Assembly: GCF_024753565.1 (NCBI RefSeq)
Contig: NZ_JANTPT010000001.1
Coordinates: 870,513 to 902,512 of the forward strand
DNA: 32,000 nucleotides
Direction: 5' to 3'
DNA from: Mechercharimyces sp. CAU 1602
Lineage (GTDB): Bacteria; Bacillota; Bacilli; Thermoactinomycetales; JANTPT01
Shown here in pieces: positions 9,433-20,000 of this stretch (its first letter is position 1; the number at the start of each line of letters is the position of its first letter). The notes beneath the pieces were generated by a model. It saw only the letters and a list, made by a program, of their open reading frames with translations. It searched no databases and was not told the origin of the DNA. The position numbers and the translations under genes are program-made.

Positions 9433-9577
9433 CATCCTTCGGGGCTGGGTGAAAATCCCGACCGGCGGTGATGGTAGCATCTGTTACCTCAGTCCGTGAC
9501 CCGTTATGCCTTTGTGTATGCGGTGGACCTGGTGAAAATCCGGGACCGACAGTGATAGTCTGGATGGGAGAAGGGTG
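9433..9577 (+). promoter_or_regulatory. FMN riboswitch (RFN element) aptamer
   Basis: CTTCGGGGCTGGGTGAAAATCCCGACCGGCGGTGAT...AGTCCGTGACCCG...GCGGTGGACCTGGTGAAAATCCGGGACCGACAGTGATAGTCTGGATGGGAGAAGG closely follows the conserved RFN core as remembered from the B. subtilis ribD leader. It sits directly upstream of ribD. Confidence 0.92.
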
Positions 9578-9737
9578 AACAGGAGCGGTCGCTAATAATA
9601 TTGCTGTAGGGCTTGAGGGAGACTACGGGTAGTTTTCTTTCGTGCGCTTTTACTAGTGATAATGATGCGAATAGATACGTTTGGCATGAAGGCTTCTTTG
9701 TGTTGGCGTAAAACATGACCCTCCTGATTCCCTCATG

Positions 9738-9768
9738 AAAGCCCTGATTTGAATATAGGGCTTTTTTT
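9738..9768 (+). terminator. Riboswitch expression-platform terminator (attenuator) upstream of ribD
   Basis: AAAGCCCT-gatttgaatat-AGGGCTTT followed by a T-run. It lies 20 nt before the ribD start. Confidence 0.75.
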
Positions 9769-9788
9769 GATGTATGGGGAGGCTATAT

Positions 9789-10913
9789 ATGAATCGACAG
9801 GAAGAATGGATGCGACTAGCGCTTACGTTAGCGCAGAGTGCAGAAGGATATACGTCCCCCAACCCGATGGTGGGTGCTGTCATCGTAAAAGAGGGTCGGT
9901 TAGTGGGTAGTGGTGCTCATCTGCGAGCAGGAACTGCCCATGCTGAAGTCCACGCATTAGCGATGGCAGGTGCCGAGGCGGAGGGGAGTACTTTATATGT
10001 AACGTTAGAACCGTGTAGTCACCATGGGCGTACGCCTCCATGTACCGATGCCGTTATCAAGGCCAAAGTGGCTAAAGTGGTGATTGCAGTACAAGATAAT
10101 GATGAACGCGTGTCCGGTAGTGGGATTGAACGGTTGCGACAAGCTGGAATCGAAGTGGAAGTAGGATTGTTAGCCACAGAGAGTCGTCAGCTAAACGAAG
10201 CTTATTTTCATCACCGCCGTACAGGTCGTCCCTTGGTTACCTTGAAAACGGCCATGACGCTGGATGGTAAAATTGCAACATCAAGTGGGGATAGTAAGTG
10301 GATTTCTAATGAAGAGTCGCGCGCGGCCGTTCATCTTATGCGGCATCGTATGGATGCGATCATGGTAGGGATTGGAACTGTGTTGACAGATCGTCCGCAG
10401 TTGACTGCGCGCCTACCCCAAGGGGGAAAAAACCCGGTGCGTATAATCGTAGATTCTAAACTGCAAATACCACTCGATACCCCTGTAGCAGATACCAGCG
10501 TAGCAGAAACGTGGGTATACTGTACAGCAACAGCGGATCCTCGCAAACGAACACAATTACAAGAGCGAGGAGTAAAAGTGTTTACTTGCGGAGAGGGTGT
10601 ACAAGTTGATCTGCCAAAATTAATGGAGCACCTAGGCGAGCACAATATCTTATCCGTGCTGGTTGAAGGCGGAGGAACCTTAAACGGGTCTTTACTGATG
10701 GAAGATGTCATCGATCGCGTGGTTACCTTTATTGCCCCGAAATTGGTCGGAGGTGCAAACAGCCTTTCTCCAATTGGTGGAGAAGGCATTTCCAATATGG
10801 ATGATGCTGTTACCATCAGCAATATTCGTGTTCAATCTTTAGCTGATGATGTGATGATCAGTGGTGAGGTGTGCAAAAGGAAGGGGAGTGATTCCCGATG
10901 TTTACAGGATTGA
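9789..10913 (+). CDS. ribD: Bifunctional diaminohydroxyphosphoribosylaminopyrimidine deaminase / 5-amino-6-(5-phosphoribosylamino)uracil reductase
   Basis: The CMP/dCMP deaminase zinc motifs HAEVHAL and PCSHHGRTPPC are present, followed by a reductase half (TLDGKIA..., VEGGGTLN). GGGGAGG at 9776-9782 favours ATG 9789. Confidence 0.93.
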   Translation: MNRQEEWMRLALTLAQSAEGYTSPNPMVGAVIVKEGRLVGSGAHLRAGTAHAEVHALAMAGAEAEGSTLYVTLEPCSHHGRTPPCTDAVIKAKVAKVVIAVQDNDERVSGSGIERLRQAGIEVEVGLLATESRQLNEAYFHHRRTGRPLVTLKTAMTLDGKIATSSGDSKWISNEESRAAVHLMRHRMDAIMVGIGTVLTDRPQLTARLPQGGKNPVRIIVDSKLQIPLDTPVADTSVAETWVYCTATADPRKRTQLQERGVKVFTCGEGVQVDLPKLMEHLGEHNILSVLVEGGGTLNGSLLMEDVIDRVVTFIAPKLVGGANSLSPIGGEGISNMDDAVTISNIRVQSLADDVMISGEVCKRKGSDSRCLQD

Positions 10914-11548
10914 TTGAAGAAGTGGGAACGGTACAGCACTTAGTGCAACAAGGGCAGACGATGAAATTGACGATTGCGTGTAAAGAGGTGTTAGATGGAG
11001 TAGCTCTTGGAGATAGCATCGCGATTAATGGTGTTTGTCTCACTGTGGTTCACTTCGATCATCGCTCGTTTACAGCGGACGTGATGCCAGAAACGATGAA
11101 ACATACACAGCTACATTCTTTACAGCGCGGTTCCTTCGTTAATTTGGAACGAGCGATGGCAGCTGGTGGACGTTTTGGTGGTCATTTCGTTCAAGGGCAT
11201 GTGGATGGCGTTGGTACCATCTTGGAACGTAAGCCTGTGGAAAATGCGGTTCTTTTCCGTCTTCAAGTACCGAGGGAATTAACCTCTTATATGATTGAAC
11301 GAGGCTCGATAGCCTTAAATGGGATTAGTTTAACATTATTTGAAGTTCGTGAGGATCAGATTGTGGTCTCCATCATTCCTCATACGCTAGCACAGACGCA
11401 ATTACAAACGGCGCGTGTAGGGGATCCGATTAATGTGGAGTGTGACATGATGGGGAAATATGTGCGCAAACAATTACAAATGTTGGTATCTGAATCTAGC
11501 GGTGAAGGGTTGACCAAGGAGAAATTGATCAACCTCGGATTCGCTTAA
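10898..11548 (+). CDS. ribE: Riboflavin synthase alpha subunit
   Basis: [10 protein letters not shown] is the hallmark N-terminus. The internal duplication ([11 protein letters not shown] / [10 protein letters not shown]) is present. The gene overlaps the ribD end by 16 nt. Confidence 0.93.
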   Translation: MFTGLIEEVGTVQHLVQQGQTMKLTIACKEVLDGVALGDSIAINGVCLTVVHFDHRSFTADVMPETMKHTQLHSLQRGSFVNLERAMAAGGRFGGHFVQGHVDGVGTILERKPVENAVLFRLQVPRELTSYMIERGSIALNGISLTLFEVREDQIVVSIIPHTLAQTQLQTARVGDPINVECDMMGKYVRKQLQMLVSESSGEGLTKEKLINLGFA

Positions 11549-11562
11549 AGGAGGGGTCGTTC

Positions 11563-12762
11563 ATGGGAGCTTTTCACCCGATAGAAGATGCGATCTACGA
11601 TCTAATGCAAGGGAAGATCGTGATTGTTGTCGATGATGAAGATCGTGAAAACGAAGGCGATTTTGTTGTCCTCGCAGAGAAGGCTACGCCAGAAGTGATC
11701 AACTTTATGATTACACATGGGCGTGGATTGGTCTGTACACCACTTACGGCTGAGCGAGCAGAAGAATTGGATTTGTCGTTAATGGTGAACCACAATACCG
11801 ATACACATGGTACCGCCTTTACCGTATCTGTTGATCACTATGATAGTACCACCGGAATATCTGCGTATGAGCGCTCAGCTACCATTCGTGCGCTGATAGA
11901 TCCGCAGGCACAACCGCGAGATTTCCGTCGTCCTGGACATGTGTTTCCTCTGATCGCCAAAGAAGGAGGCGTGTTACGGCGTGCAGGTCACACGGAAGCA
12001 TCGGTAGATTTGGCTCGGATGTGCGGGTCATATCCGGCTGCTGTGATATGCGAAGTGGTTAAAGAAGATGGTACGATGGCACGTGTGCCCGACCTGATGG
12101 AAATTGCAGATGAGCACGATCTTAAAATCATCACCATCCAGGACCTGATTCAGTATCGCAATAAAAAAGAGAAGTTGGTAGAGCGTGTCGCTTCCGTGCG
12201 GATGCCTACTCCTTTCGGTGAGTTTCAAGCGATCGGATATAAGAATGAATTGGATCAAAAAGAGCATGTGGCATTGGTAAAAGGAGAGATCGATCCGACG
12301 AAACCAGTGATGGTACGTGTTCATTCTGAGTGTTTGACCGGGGATGTGTTGGGTTCATATCGTTGCGATTGTGGACCCCAACTTCATACGGCGTTAGCGC
12401 AGATTAACGAAGAAGGTTCTGGCGTGCTCCTGTATATGAGGCAAGAGGGGCGCGGGATTGGACTGTTAAATAAATTACGTGCTTATGAGCTTCAAGAACA
12501 AGGTTATGATACGGTAGAAGCAAATGAGAAGTTGGGTTTTAAGGCTGACTTGCGTGAGTACGGTATCGGGGCCCAGATTTTGCGGGATCTTGGTGTGTGT
12601 CAGATGAGGCTACTAACCAATAACCCCCGCAAAATCACCGGTCTAAAGGGATATGGCTTAGAGGTGACGGAGGTATTACCGATTCAGTTGCCGGCCAATG
12701 TAGATAATGAACAGTACTTATATACGAAAAAAAGTAAACTGGGACATCTCTTACACTTTTAA
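11563..12762 (+). CDS. ribBA: Bifunctional 3,4-dihydroxy-2-butanone-4-phosphate synthase / GTP cyclohydrolase II
   Basis: The DHBP synthase half carries [11 protein letters not shown] and RAGHTEA. The GCHII half carries [15 protein letters not shown] and EGRGIGL. SD AAGGAGGGG is upstream. Confidence 0.93.
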   Translation: MGAFHPIEDAIYDLMQGKIVIVVDDEDRENEGDFVVLAEKATPEVINFMITHGRGLVCTPLTAERAEELDLSLMVNHNTDTHGTAFTVSVDHYDSTTGISAYERSATIRALIDPQAQPRDFRRPGHVFPLIAKEGGVLRRAGHTEASVDLARMCGSYPAAVICEVVKEDGTMARVPDLMEIADEHDLKIITIQDLIQYRNKKEKLVERVASVRMPTPFGEFQAIGYKNELDQKEHVALVKGEIDPTKPVMVRVHSECLTGDVLGSYRCDCGPQLHTALAQINEEGSGVLLYMRQEGRGIGLLNKLRAYELQEQGYDTVEANEKLGFKADLREYGIGAQILRDLGVCQMRLLTNNPRKITGLKGYGLEVTEVLPIQLPANVDNEQYLYTKKSKLGHLLHF

Positions 12763-12798
12763 AAGAAATAAAGAACATGACAAAAGGACGTGACAGTG

Positions 12799-13269
12799 AT
12801 GGGGAAAATTTATGAAGGTCATTTAGTTGGTAAAGGACTTCGCATTGGGATTGTAGTTGGACGGTTTAATGAATTTATCACGGGCAAATTGTTGGGTGGC
12901 GCTCAAGATGCACTTCGTCGTCATGGAGTAGATGAAGCAGATGTAGATATTGCATGGGTACCGGGGGCATTTGAAGTTCCTTTGATTGCGGATCAGATGG
13001 CATCTTCTGCGCGCTATGATGCCGTGATCACCTTAGGTGCTGTAATTCGTGGCTCTACGCCTCACTTCGATTATGTATGTAACGAAGCGGCAAAAGGGGT
13101 ATCTGCGGCCAACTTAAAACATGGTCTGCCTATCATCTTTGGTGTTCTTACAGTAGATACAATCGAACAAGCAATAGAGCGTGCAGGTACGAAAGCGGGT
13201 AACAAAGGTTGGGAAGCAGCGACTTCTGCTATAGAAATGGCCAACTTGACACGGGAATTGAACAACTAA
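12799..13269 (+). CDS. ribH: 6,7-dimethyl-8-ribityllumazine synthase
   Basis: [25 protein letters not shown] and [10 protein letters not shown] are lumazine synthase motifs. ATG 12799 aligns with known N-termini better than GTG 12790. Confidence 0.92.
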   Translation: MGKIYEGHLVGKGLRIGIVVGRFNEFITGKLLGGAQDALRRHGVDEADVDIAWVPGAFEVPLIADQMASSARYDAVITLGAVIRGSTPHFDYVCNEAAKGVSAANLKHGLPIIFGVLTVDTIEQAIERAGTKAGNKGWEAATSAIEMANLTRELNN

Positions 13270-13299
13270 AGAGGGAGAATCAGTGGAAGTGGAGCGGAG

Positions 13300-13329
13300 A
13301 AGAAGGGAGAGTAGTCTTCCTTCTTTTTT
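13300..13329 (+). terminator. Rho-independent terminator of the rib operon
   Basis: AAGAAGGGAGA-gtag-TCTTCCTTCTT forms an 11-bp stem with one G.U pair, followed by TTTTTG. Confidence 0.7.
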
Positions 13330-13358
13330 GTGGTACGTCTAAGGAGGAGGGCAGAATC

Positions 13359-14123
13359 ATGGATATTAAGATTAAGCTGGAAACATTTGAAGGTCCGCTC
13401 GACTTACTTTTACAATTGATCGAACGCTCAGAATTAGATATATATGATGTCCCGATCGCCCGTATAACGGATCAGTATTTGGCGGTGTTGGACCAGATGC
13501 AGGAGCGGCAATGGGATGTGGCCAGTGAATTCCTGGTGATGGCAGCGACGCTATTAGCAATAAAAAGTCGCATGTTGTTACCACGTCAAGACCCATTGCT
13601 CGAGGATAGTATAATGGACGACGGTTTGGCGATGGATCCGCGAGAAGAGTTGGTTCAACGACTGTTGGAGTATAAAAAATATAAACGACTAGCACAAGAG
13701 CTCCGAGAAAAAGAGGGAGAGTGGCAGCAAGTATATACACGCGACCCGATGGACTTGACCCCTTATATGGAAGAGCCTAATCCAGTACAAGGGATACGCT
13801 CTGATGATTTATTGGAGCTGTTTATTGGCGCGTTGCGACAGCAGCAAGAGCGGATGGAGGCTGAAGAGCCGATGACCAATATGACACGAGAGGAGATATC
13901 CGTCAGTGATCGGATGGATGAAATCTTGCGTACCGTACAGTCCATAGGGGAACAAACCTTTACACAGCTGTTATCGTATGAAGTATGGACACGCGAGCGC
14001 GTGATTACGACATTTTTAGCTGTGCTGGAACTGATGAAAACGAAGCAGATTTATTGCTATCAGCGAAGCGTCTTTGCCGACGTTGTGATTACGGCGACCA
14101 GGGAAGGGGAGAGCCAAAGTTGA
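13359..14123 (+). CDS. scpA: Segregation and condensation protein A
   Basis: FEGPLDLLLQLIERSELDIYDVPIARITDQY is the ScpA signature. AAGGAGGAGG at 13341-13350 sets the start at ATG 13359. The upstream part of track ORF 13209.. overlaps ribH and the terminator. Confidence 0.9.
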   Translation: MDIKIKLETFEGPLDLLLQLIERSELDIYDVPIARITDQYLAVLDQMQERQWDVASEFLVMAATLLAIKSRMLLPRQDPLLEDSIMDDGLAMDPREELVQRLLEYKKYKRLAQELREKEGEWQQVYTRDPMDLTPYMEEPNPVQGIRSDDLLELFIGALRQQQERMEAEEPMTNMTREEISVSDRMDEILRTVQSIGEQTFTQLLSYEVWTRERVITTFLAVLELMKTKQIYCYQRSVFADVVITATREGESQS

Positions 14124-14134
14124 GTGAGAGTGGA

Positions 14135-14752
14135 ATGGAAAAAAAGCCAATCATCGAAGGGATGCTGTTGGCAGCTGGTGAAGAGGGGTTAACGGCGCGG
14201 GAACTTGGGGAAGTATTGGAGTTGAGTACGAAAGAAGTACGTACGTTGATTGAGGACTTACAAATGGAGTGGAAAGCAAGCGGTCGTGGAATGCAGATTG
14301 TGCGGGTAGCAGATGCATATCAGCTAACCACCTTGGCTGAGCACGCTCCCTACTTGAGTAAAATGGCATCTAGTTCGCAACGTGCACAAATGTCGCGTGC
14401 TGCATTGGAAACGCTAGCGATCATTGCTTACCGTCAACCGATCACCCGGATGGAGATTGAAGAGGTTCGCGGTGTAAAGTGTGATAAAACGATTCAATCA
14501 TTAGTGCGGAAAGGGTTGATTAGAGATGTTGGGCGAGCAGAAGGGTTAGGTCGTCCGATTTTATATGGTACTTCTAAGTCATTCTTAGAGTATTTCGGCT
14601 TAAGTCATTTGCAGGAATTACCTGAACCAGATTCTTTGTTTGAATGGGCCGAATGGGAGCATGAACGCGAAGCACTCTACCAACGTCTGGGTGTGGGAAG
14701 AGAGCAAGAAGTTCTCCTTGATACTACGCATACTCCGGATGAAGAGGCGTAG
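14135..14752 (+). CDS. scpB: Segregation and condensation protein B
   Basis: IIEGMLLAAGEEGLT..., LETLAIIAYRQPITR.EIE..RGV and GRPILYGTS are ScpB motifs. An alternative start is TTG 14120, which overlaps the scpA stop (GTTGA coupling). Confidence 0.88.
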   Translation: MEKKPIIEGMLLAAGEEGLTARELGEVLELSTKEVRTLIEDLQMEWKASGRGMQIVRVADAYQLTTLAEHAPYLSKMASSSQRAQMSRAALETLAIIAYRQPITRMEIEEVRGVKCDKTIQSLVRKGLIRDVGRAEGLGRPILYGTSKSFLEYFGLSHLQELPEPDSLFEWAEWEHEREALYQRLGVGREQEVLLDTTHTPDEEA

Positions 14753-14777
14753 TTGGTTTTGAGAAAGGAGGTATAGC

Positions 14778-15530
14778 ATGGAAGAAATATCATTTTATAA
14801 TAGGATCGGACAACGTTTAGTGGGAACGTACTATCCAAAGCAGACAAAGAAAATGATCATATTGGTTCATGGCTTTGTTTCTGACAAATCCTCCGATGGG
14901 CGTTTTGAGCAAATAGCGGAGTGTTTCGCGCAAGATTTCGCGGTGTTAAGATTTGATGCTAGTGGATGTGGGGAGAGTGGTGAAGGTATCGTAACAGTAG
15001 CTTCTCGTGTGCGAGATCTTAATGCTGCTCTATCATGGGCTTTAAGCCATGGTTACGATCAACTAGCACTATATGGGCACAGCTTGGGAAGCCGCATCTG
15101 TTTGGAAGCGGTTATTCCCCAGGTCAAAGCGATGGTATTAACGGGTGCTCTCACCGGTCCTATGTTGTACGATTGGGATACGGTTTTAGATGTATCAGAA
15201 TTGGAACAGCTACAACGGGAGGGGTATACTTCGCTCCGTCGAGAATCGTTACGTTGGCGCAAAGAAATGTTCATTGAATGGCAAAGTTTATATGATTTTG
15301 CTCAAATAGAACAAGAACAGTTGTTAACTCCCATCCAATGCCCTGTACTCATCATTCATGGAAATGGCGATGAAGAAGAAAGGGCGCTTACCCACCTTTC
15401 ACAATCTGCTCTTCATTTTCTCCCGGCTTCTGCACAACTACATATTATTGAGGGGGCAAAGCATCATTTTTACGGATTTATCCAGCCAATAGCTCAGCAA
15501 GCCCTTGCTTGGTATCGACGGTGGATGTGA
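14778..15530 (+). CDS. Alpha/beta-fold hydrolase (serine hydrolase)
   Basis: Oxyanion region ILVHGF, nucleophile elbow GHSLGS, and late Asp/His (HGNGDEE, GAKHHF). SD AAAGGAGG is upstream. Confidence 0.75.
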   Translation: MEEISFYNRIGQRLVGTYYPKQTKKMIILVHGFVSDKSSDGRFEQIAECFAQDFAVLRFDASGCGESGEGIVTVASRVRDLNAALSWALSHGYDQLALYGHSLGSRICLEAVIPQVKAMVLTGALTGPMLYDWDTVLDVSELEQLQREGYTSLRRESLRWRKEMFIEWQSLYDFAQIEQEQLLTPIQCPVLIIHGNGDEEERALTHLSQSALHFLPASAQLHIIEGAKHHFYGFIQPIAQQALAWYRRWM

Positions 15531-15543
15531 GGGTTATTACTAC

Positions 15544-15572
15544 GCATAAAATTTCCTTTTTTGCCCATGCTA
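15544..15572 (+). promoter_or_regulatory. Putative forespore-type (sigma-G/sigma-F class) promoter: GCATA-N17-CATGCTA
   Basis: GCATA lies at 15544-15548 and CATGCTA at 15566-15572. This fits the remembered sigma-G consensus GHATR-N17/18-CATnnTA. The downstream genes are sporulation-associated (ytfI/ytfJ-like). Motif match only. Confidence 0.4.
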
Positions 15573-15595
15573 TTAAAGAATAGGTGGGTGGGTGT

Positions 15596-16264
15596 ATGAA
15601 AATCATTCTCCTTATTGGAGGGGTATTGTTCTTATTGTTAATACTCTTGCTGTTTACATCGGTTCGCCTGCACCTCATATACCGGCGGGTGGGTGAAGAT
15701 GACCGTGCTGATCTGACGATTTTATTATTGTGGGGATTGATTCGCTTTCGGTATGATCTACCTTCGCTCAATCTTTCATCACAAGGGAATATTGAAGTGC
15801 GTACGGAGAAAACAAACGCCTCAGCAACAAAAAAGGAAGAAACATGGAAGGATCGCATCACAGCAGGGACAGTGGTACGCCTTCGAGGTCAATTTAAGCG
15901 CATGCAAGAAGATGTGGTTGGCTTATCCGATATTATTAAACGCTTTTTGAATCACATGTACTGTGAGCGATTGATGTGGCATACGCGTATCGGGACAGGG
16001 GATGCAGCTGAAACGGGTGTTTTGACGGGAATGGGATGGGGAATCAAAACAACGCTCATCAGCGTAATTCGCTTATACATAGAATGGGATTGCGAGCCAG
16101 ATCTGCAGCTTGTTCCACACTTTAATGAAGCGATATTAGAAACGGATCTGGAGTGTATGATCCGTTTTCGTGTCGGGCAAGCTATCCTCATGGGAATTCG
16201 TCTCGTACGATATTCACGCAAAGGGGGAAATCTGGAATGGCCGAGCACCCCATACAAGGTTTAA
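15596..16264 (+). CDS. DUF2953-like (YtfI-like) sporulation-associated membrane protein
   Basis: An N-terminal TM segment (MKIILLIGGVLFLLLILLLF) is followed by a soluble domain. The gene sits immediately upstream of, and overlaps, the ytfJ-like gene, as in the Bacillus ytfI-ytfJ pair. The family assignment is from memory of that synteny and is moderate. Confidence 0.6.
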   Translation: MKIILLIGGVLFLLLILLLFTSVRLHLIYRRVGEDDRADLTILLLWGLIRFRYDLPSLNLSSQGNIEVRTEKTNASATKKEETWKDRITAGTVVRLRGQFKRMQEDVVGLSDIIKRFLNHMYCERLMWHTRIGTGDAAETGVLTGMGWGIKTTLISVIRLYIEWDCEPDLQLVPHFNEAILETDLECMIRFRVGQAILMGIRLVRYSRKGGNLEWPSTPYKV

Positions 16265-16710
16265 TGACAACTGCGATGGAAAATATTAAGCAGATGGTTG
16301 ATGTAAATACAATTATCGGGGATCCAGTGGAAACACCAGAAGGAAGTGTTATCATCCCTGTATCCAGGGTTGGCTTTGGTTTTGCCGCAGGCGGAAGTGA
16401 GTTTAAAGGCGGCGGAGGCGGTTCTTCCAAAGAAGAAGATGGTGGAGATGGAGGAGGTTCCTCCGAAAAGGGAGGATCTTCTTCGGAACAACTTCCTTTT
16501 GGCGGAGGGAGTGGGGGTGGCATGTCTATCTCCCCTGTTGCTTTTCTGGTTGTTAATAATAAAGGGGTTCGCATTCTTAATATGGATAGCTCCACCCACC
16601 TCTACGATCGCCTGCTCGATGCAGCCCCCGGATTGATGGATCGTCTGCAGGGCATGGTAAAGTCGAGTAAAAAAGATGATAAGTGTCAGGAGCCGAAAAA
16701 CGATATTTAA
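16237..16710 (+). CDS. ytfJ: GerW/YtfJ-family sporulation protein
   Basis: IQGLMTTAMENIKQMVDVNTIIGDPVETPEGSVIIPVSRVGFGFAAGGSEF...GGGSGGGMSISPVAFLVVNNKGVRIL is the YtfJ/GerW pattern. AAGGGGGA at 16221-16228 sets ATG 16237. Confidence 0.85.
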   Translation: MAEHPIQGLMTTAMENIKQMVDVNTIIGDPVETPEGSVIIPVSRVGFGFAAGGSEFKGGGGGSSKEEDGGDGGGSSEKGGSSSEQLPFGGGSGGGMSISPVAFLVVNNKGVRILNMDSSTHLYDRLLDAAPGLMDRLQGMVKSSKKDDKCQEPKNDI

Positions 16711-16730
16711 GAGAGCATGTCATTGCTTTA

Positions 16731-16759
16731 AACCCGTATACGTACGGGTTTTTATTTTT
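16731..16759 (+). terminator. Rho-independent terminator after ytfJ
   Basis: AACCCGTA-tacg-TACGGGTT is followed by TTTATTTTT. Confidence 0.8.
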
Positions 16760-17001
16760 GTCGATATTTCCCAAGAAGAGGAGGGAGGCGTGCTGGGAAA
16801 AGGAAGGTTTGAATTGTATGAAGCACAACTATTATTGGATCCCGATTGTATGGAAAAATTTTCGTTTAAAATTAATAAACATCTTTTTGAATAGAAAGAT
16901 AGCTATTCTCACCCTATACATTACTAGGTTTCTCTCTTGAGAAAATAAGATCCGTCGATTGATTTTAAAGGGGAAAGACACAAAACAAGGAATATTTATC
17001 A

Positions 17002-17029
17002 TTGATTATTTCCCTTCTTCTATTAAACT
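17002..17029 (+). promoter_or_regulatory. Candidate sigma-A promoter of the RHS toxin gene (-35 TTGATT, 16-nt spacer, -10 TAAACT)
   Basis: Weak motif match in the AT-rich 360-nt intergenic region, about 45 nt upstream of ATG 17075. Speculative. Confidence 0.25.
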
Positions 17030-17074
17030 AGTCTAGTGCGACTATTTTATGAATAGAAGAGAGAGGAAACATCA

Positions 17075-20000
17075 ATGTCTAATAAGAGAAAACGACGATG
17101 GATACATAAAAGTTTCATGATCTTATTTGTATGTATATTCCTATTTACGAGTGTGGCCCCTGCTCCCGCAGCCTTAGCGGCAGGAAGCGCACCAACATCT
17201 ACAAACGATGCCTTATTCGGAGGGTCTTGGGCTCACGTATTTAGCTCGGTGTGGCTTCAGACCCGTGCGACTGGCGAAAAGGTGTTGGCGCAAGTAAAAG
17301 AAGTTTTTACAACGGAAGAGGAAGAGGATAAGGAGGGTGAAGAACCCACCGATCCGGAGGAGGGAAAGGAGGAAAGCGATGACCCACCTGAGATTGTAAA
17401 AGAACGGGAAGAAGAACGCGATGCCCATACGAAAGTGTTTGAGCTCGAGGATGGGCGCATGCAAAAAGAAGTGAGCGCCACCCCGGTTCACTATGAAAAT
17501 GAGAAAGGGGAGTGGGAAGAGATTCAACTGGGAGTAGAAGCTTCGGATGAGTCCAAGTTTGTCCTCTCGAATGAATCCAATACGTTCCAAACCCACTTTG
17601 GCAAAACAGCGGATCAATTGGTGCGTTTTGAACAAGGGGATCATCGGATTGAGATGAAAGCCCTGGAAGCGAGCGATGTGGTTCCAGAAGGAAAAGAGCA
17701 TCAGGTAGTGTTTAAACAGCTGTGGCAGCAGACCGATCTTTTGTATGACATTGGTCCAGATTCGCTCAAAGAGACGATTCGTATGAATAGTGTCCCGACG
17801 AACCCGGTCTATACCTTTGAGTTCACCTTGACAGGACTGTATGCAGAACAAAAAGAAGATGGTGCCATCGCCTTCTTTAGTAAGAAAGATGACACATTGG
17901 TCTACATGATACCGAAACCGTTTATGATGGACAGCAAGGAAGATCCAGAGTCTCCCTATGGGTTTTCATACAGTGAAAACGTGACGCAGACGATGGAAGC
18001 CGACGGCGATACATTAACGGTGACGTTGGCGGCAGATGAGGAATGGTTACAAGCGGAGGAACGGGTCTATCCGGTCTTGTTGGACCCCACCATTGTCCTT
18101 TCACCACCGGAAAAAGAGAGTCAAGATACGTATATTAATAGTGGAAACCCTGATCAGAACTATGATAACACTTGGCAAATGAAGGTGGGAACCAGTAGTG
18201 GCGGTTCCAAATACCGGGGACTGGTCCGCTTTAACCTAGACACCATCCCGGAAGGGGAGCGCTTAGATCAAGCGACCCTATCCCTGTATTATGATCAGGA
18301 TATCTATCTCCCTGAAGGGGGAGATACGTATAGCGTCCCAATCACGGTTCATAAAGTAAAAGAAGCGTGGGATCCCGATTCGGTGACGTGGAAGTACGCA
18401 GGCGAAGGAGATAACTGGAAGGATGGCGGGGCTTATGACGCGACGGCCCTCGATCAGGAAACGAAACAGGTTGGGCACACCAATCGCTGGCACCGCTTTA
18501 ATGTCACCTCCACCGTTCAGTCGTGGTTAAACAAAAGCAGTAAAAACTATGGGTTTTTGCTCAAAGCGAAAACGGAGTCCAACAATCATGGGGGCACGGT
18601 TTACGTCACAAGTGAACTCTATGATCCGACGATCCCCGTGCGACCGAAACTGACCCTGATCTATGGTCAACCCAGTGTCACAGTGAAAGAACCACAAAAG
18701 ATTCATAGCACAGGGGCAGAACTGGAGTGGTCCAAGTTTGCTGATGGGGAGGAGTTTGTGGAGTACCAGGTGCACCGCAGTACCGATCAGCAGTTTGTTC
18801 CCGATGCGTCTACGCTCGTCACTCCGATTGATGACCGCTTCGATATTCGCTTTACGGATACTACCGTGGAGCCCACCCCCATCGAAGATGAGAACCGTGT
18901 CGGTCAAATCTACTACTATATGGTGGCCGTGAAGACGAAAGATGGAAAATTGCATCCTTCCAGCACCGTAATGGCACAACTACCGAAAGCGGGACTTACA
19001 CGCGTCTTGGTGCGGGGTGCGGAAGATACAACCCTATCGAGTAAAAAGTCGAGTACGAACTTGAACGATATTGAGCGCTACCCTTGGCTTCAAGTGGGCA
19101 TTAAGGGGAACGAATATGGAACGACCCGCTCCGTGTTTGATTTTGACCTTAGTATGATCCCAGAAGATGCGCAAGTGTTTGATGCCCAGTTTCAGGTATG
19201 GGCATGGTACATGTGGCGTCCTCAAGGGGTGACGGGAAAAGCCAAATATCGACTGCATGAGTTGACTCACCGTTTTGATGAGTCCAGTGCGACCTGGAAA
19301 ATAGCGGCCAATGGAGATAACTGGACTGATGGTGGACAATATGACTCTACCGTCCTGGACGAAATCTCGGAAATATCGAATGACTCGCGCTGGCGAACGT
19401 TTGATGTGACCGGAGTTGTAGGGGATTGGGTTACAGGCAAAAAGAAAGAGTATGGTTTTATACTCAAGCAAGCCGATGAGGGCAGTGAGAAGAATAGTGA
19501 ACGAACCTTGTTCCTCAATAGCGAGGCACAAGAAACGTCCCTCCGTCCAACCCTTGAAGTGATCTACACTACACCGACGACGGAAAGCACCTATCATACG
19601 ACGGATACCCCACAGGTGATGGAGGGCGGGGAAACATATGACATCGATATCACCCTCACCAACACGACAGATCGTATCTGGAAACAAGGGGAGCAATCGG
19701 TGGCCTATCGCTGGGCCGACCTACAGACGCCGCAAGGAACCGATCGCGTCAATCTCCCTAAAGACGTGAAGCCGGGAGAGACGATTCGCTTGAAAGCGGA
19801 AGTGCATGCGCCGCAGTTGAAAGGAAAGGGCGCGTACCGCGAATCCCGGATGATCGAGTGGGACCTGATCGACCACAACGGGAAGTGGCTGTCCGAGCAT
19901 GCCCAAGGCATCCCTGCTCTGCAACAGGCGATTGTTGTGGAATCGAAGCCCGACGCCAAAAAGCTGGGTTTTGAACCGGATCGCGGCCTGATCACCGAGC

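Noticed and set aside
9504-9883. Minus-strand ORFs 9504..9716 and 9653..9883
   Set aside because: They overlap the FMN riboswitch and its expression platform, plus the ribD start. Their translations have no features.
13209-14134. Long N-terminal extensions of scpA (from 13209) and scpB (from 13985) given in the ORF track
   Set aside because: The extensions overlap ribH and its terminator, and the scpA body, respectively. Conserved ScpA and ScpB sequences begin at ATG 13359 (strong SD) and at 14120/14135.
16153-16636. Overlapping ORFs on both strands across the ytfJ-like gene (16188..16595 -, 16261..16599 -, 16346..16636 +) and the N-terminal extension from 16153
   Set aside because: They are products of the GGN/GAR low-complexity stretch. 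Only the frame from ATG 16237 gives the conserved YtfJ/GerW sequence and has an SD.
16790-16894. 34-codon GTG-initiated ORF (VLGKGRFELYEAQLLLDPDCMEKFSFKINKHLFE) preceded by GAGGAGGGAGG, in the intergenic region upstream of the RHS gene
   Set aside because: The SD-like purine run is attractive, but the peptide has no hydrophobic or other recognisable character and conservation cannot be assessed. The larger track ORFs 16676..16894 and 16683..16940 run through the ytfJ terminator.
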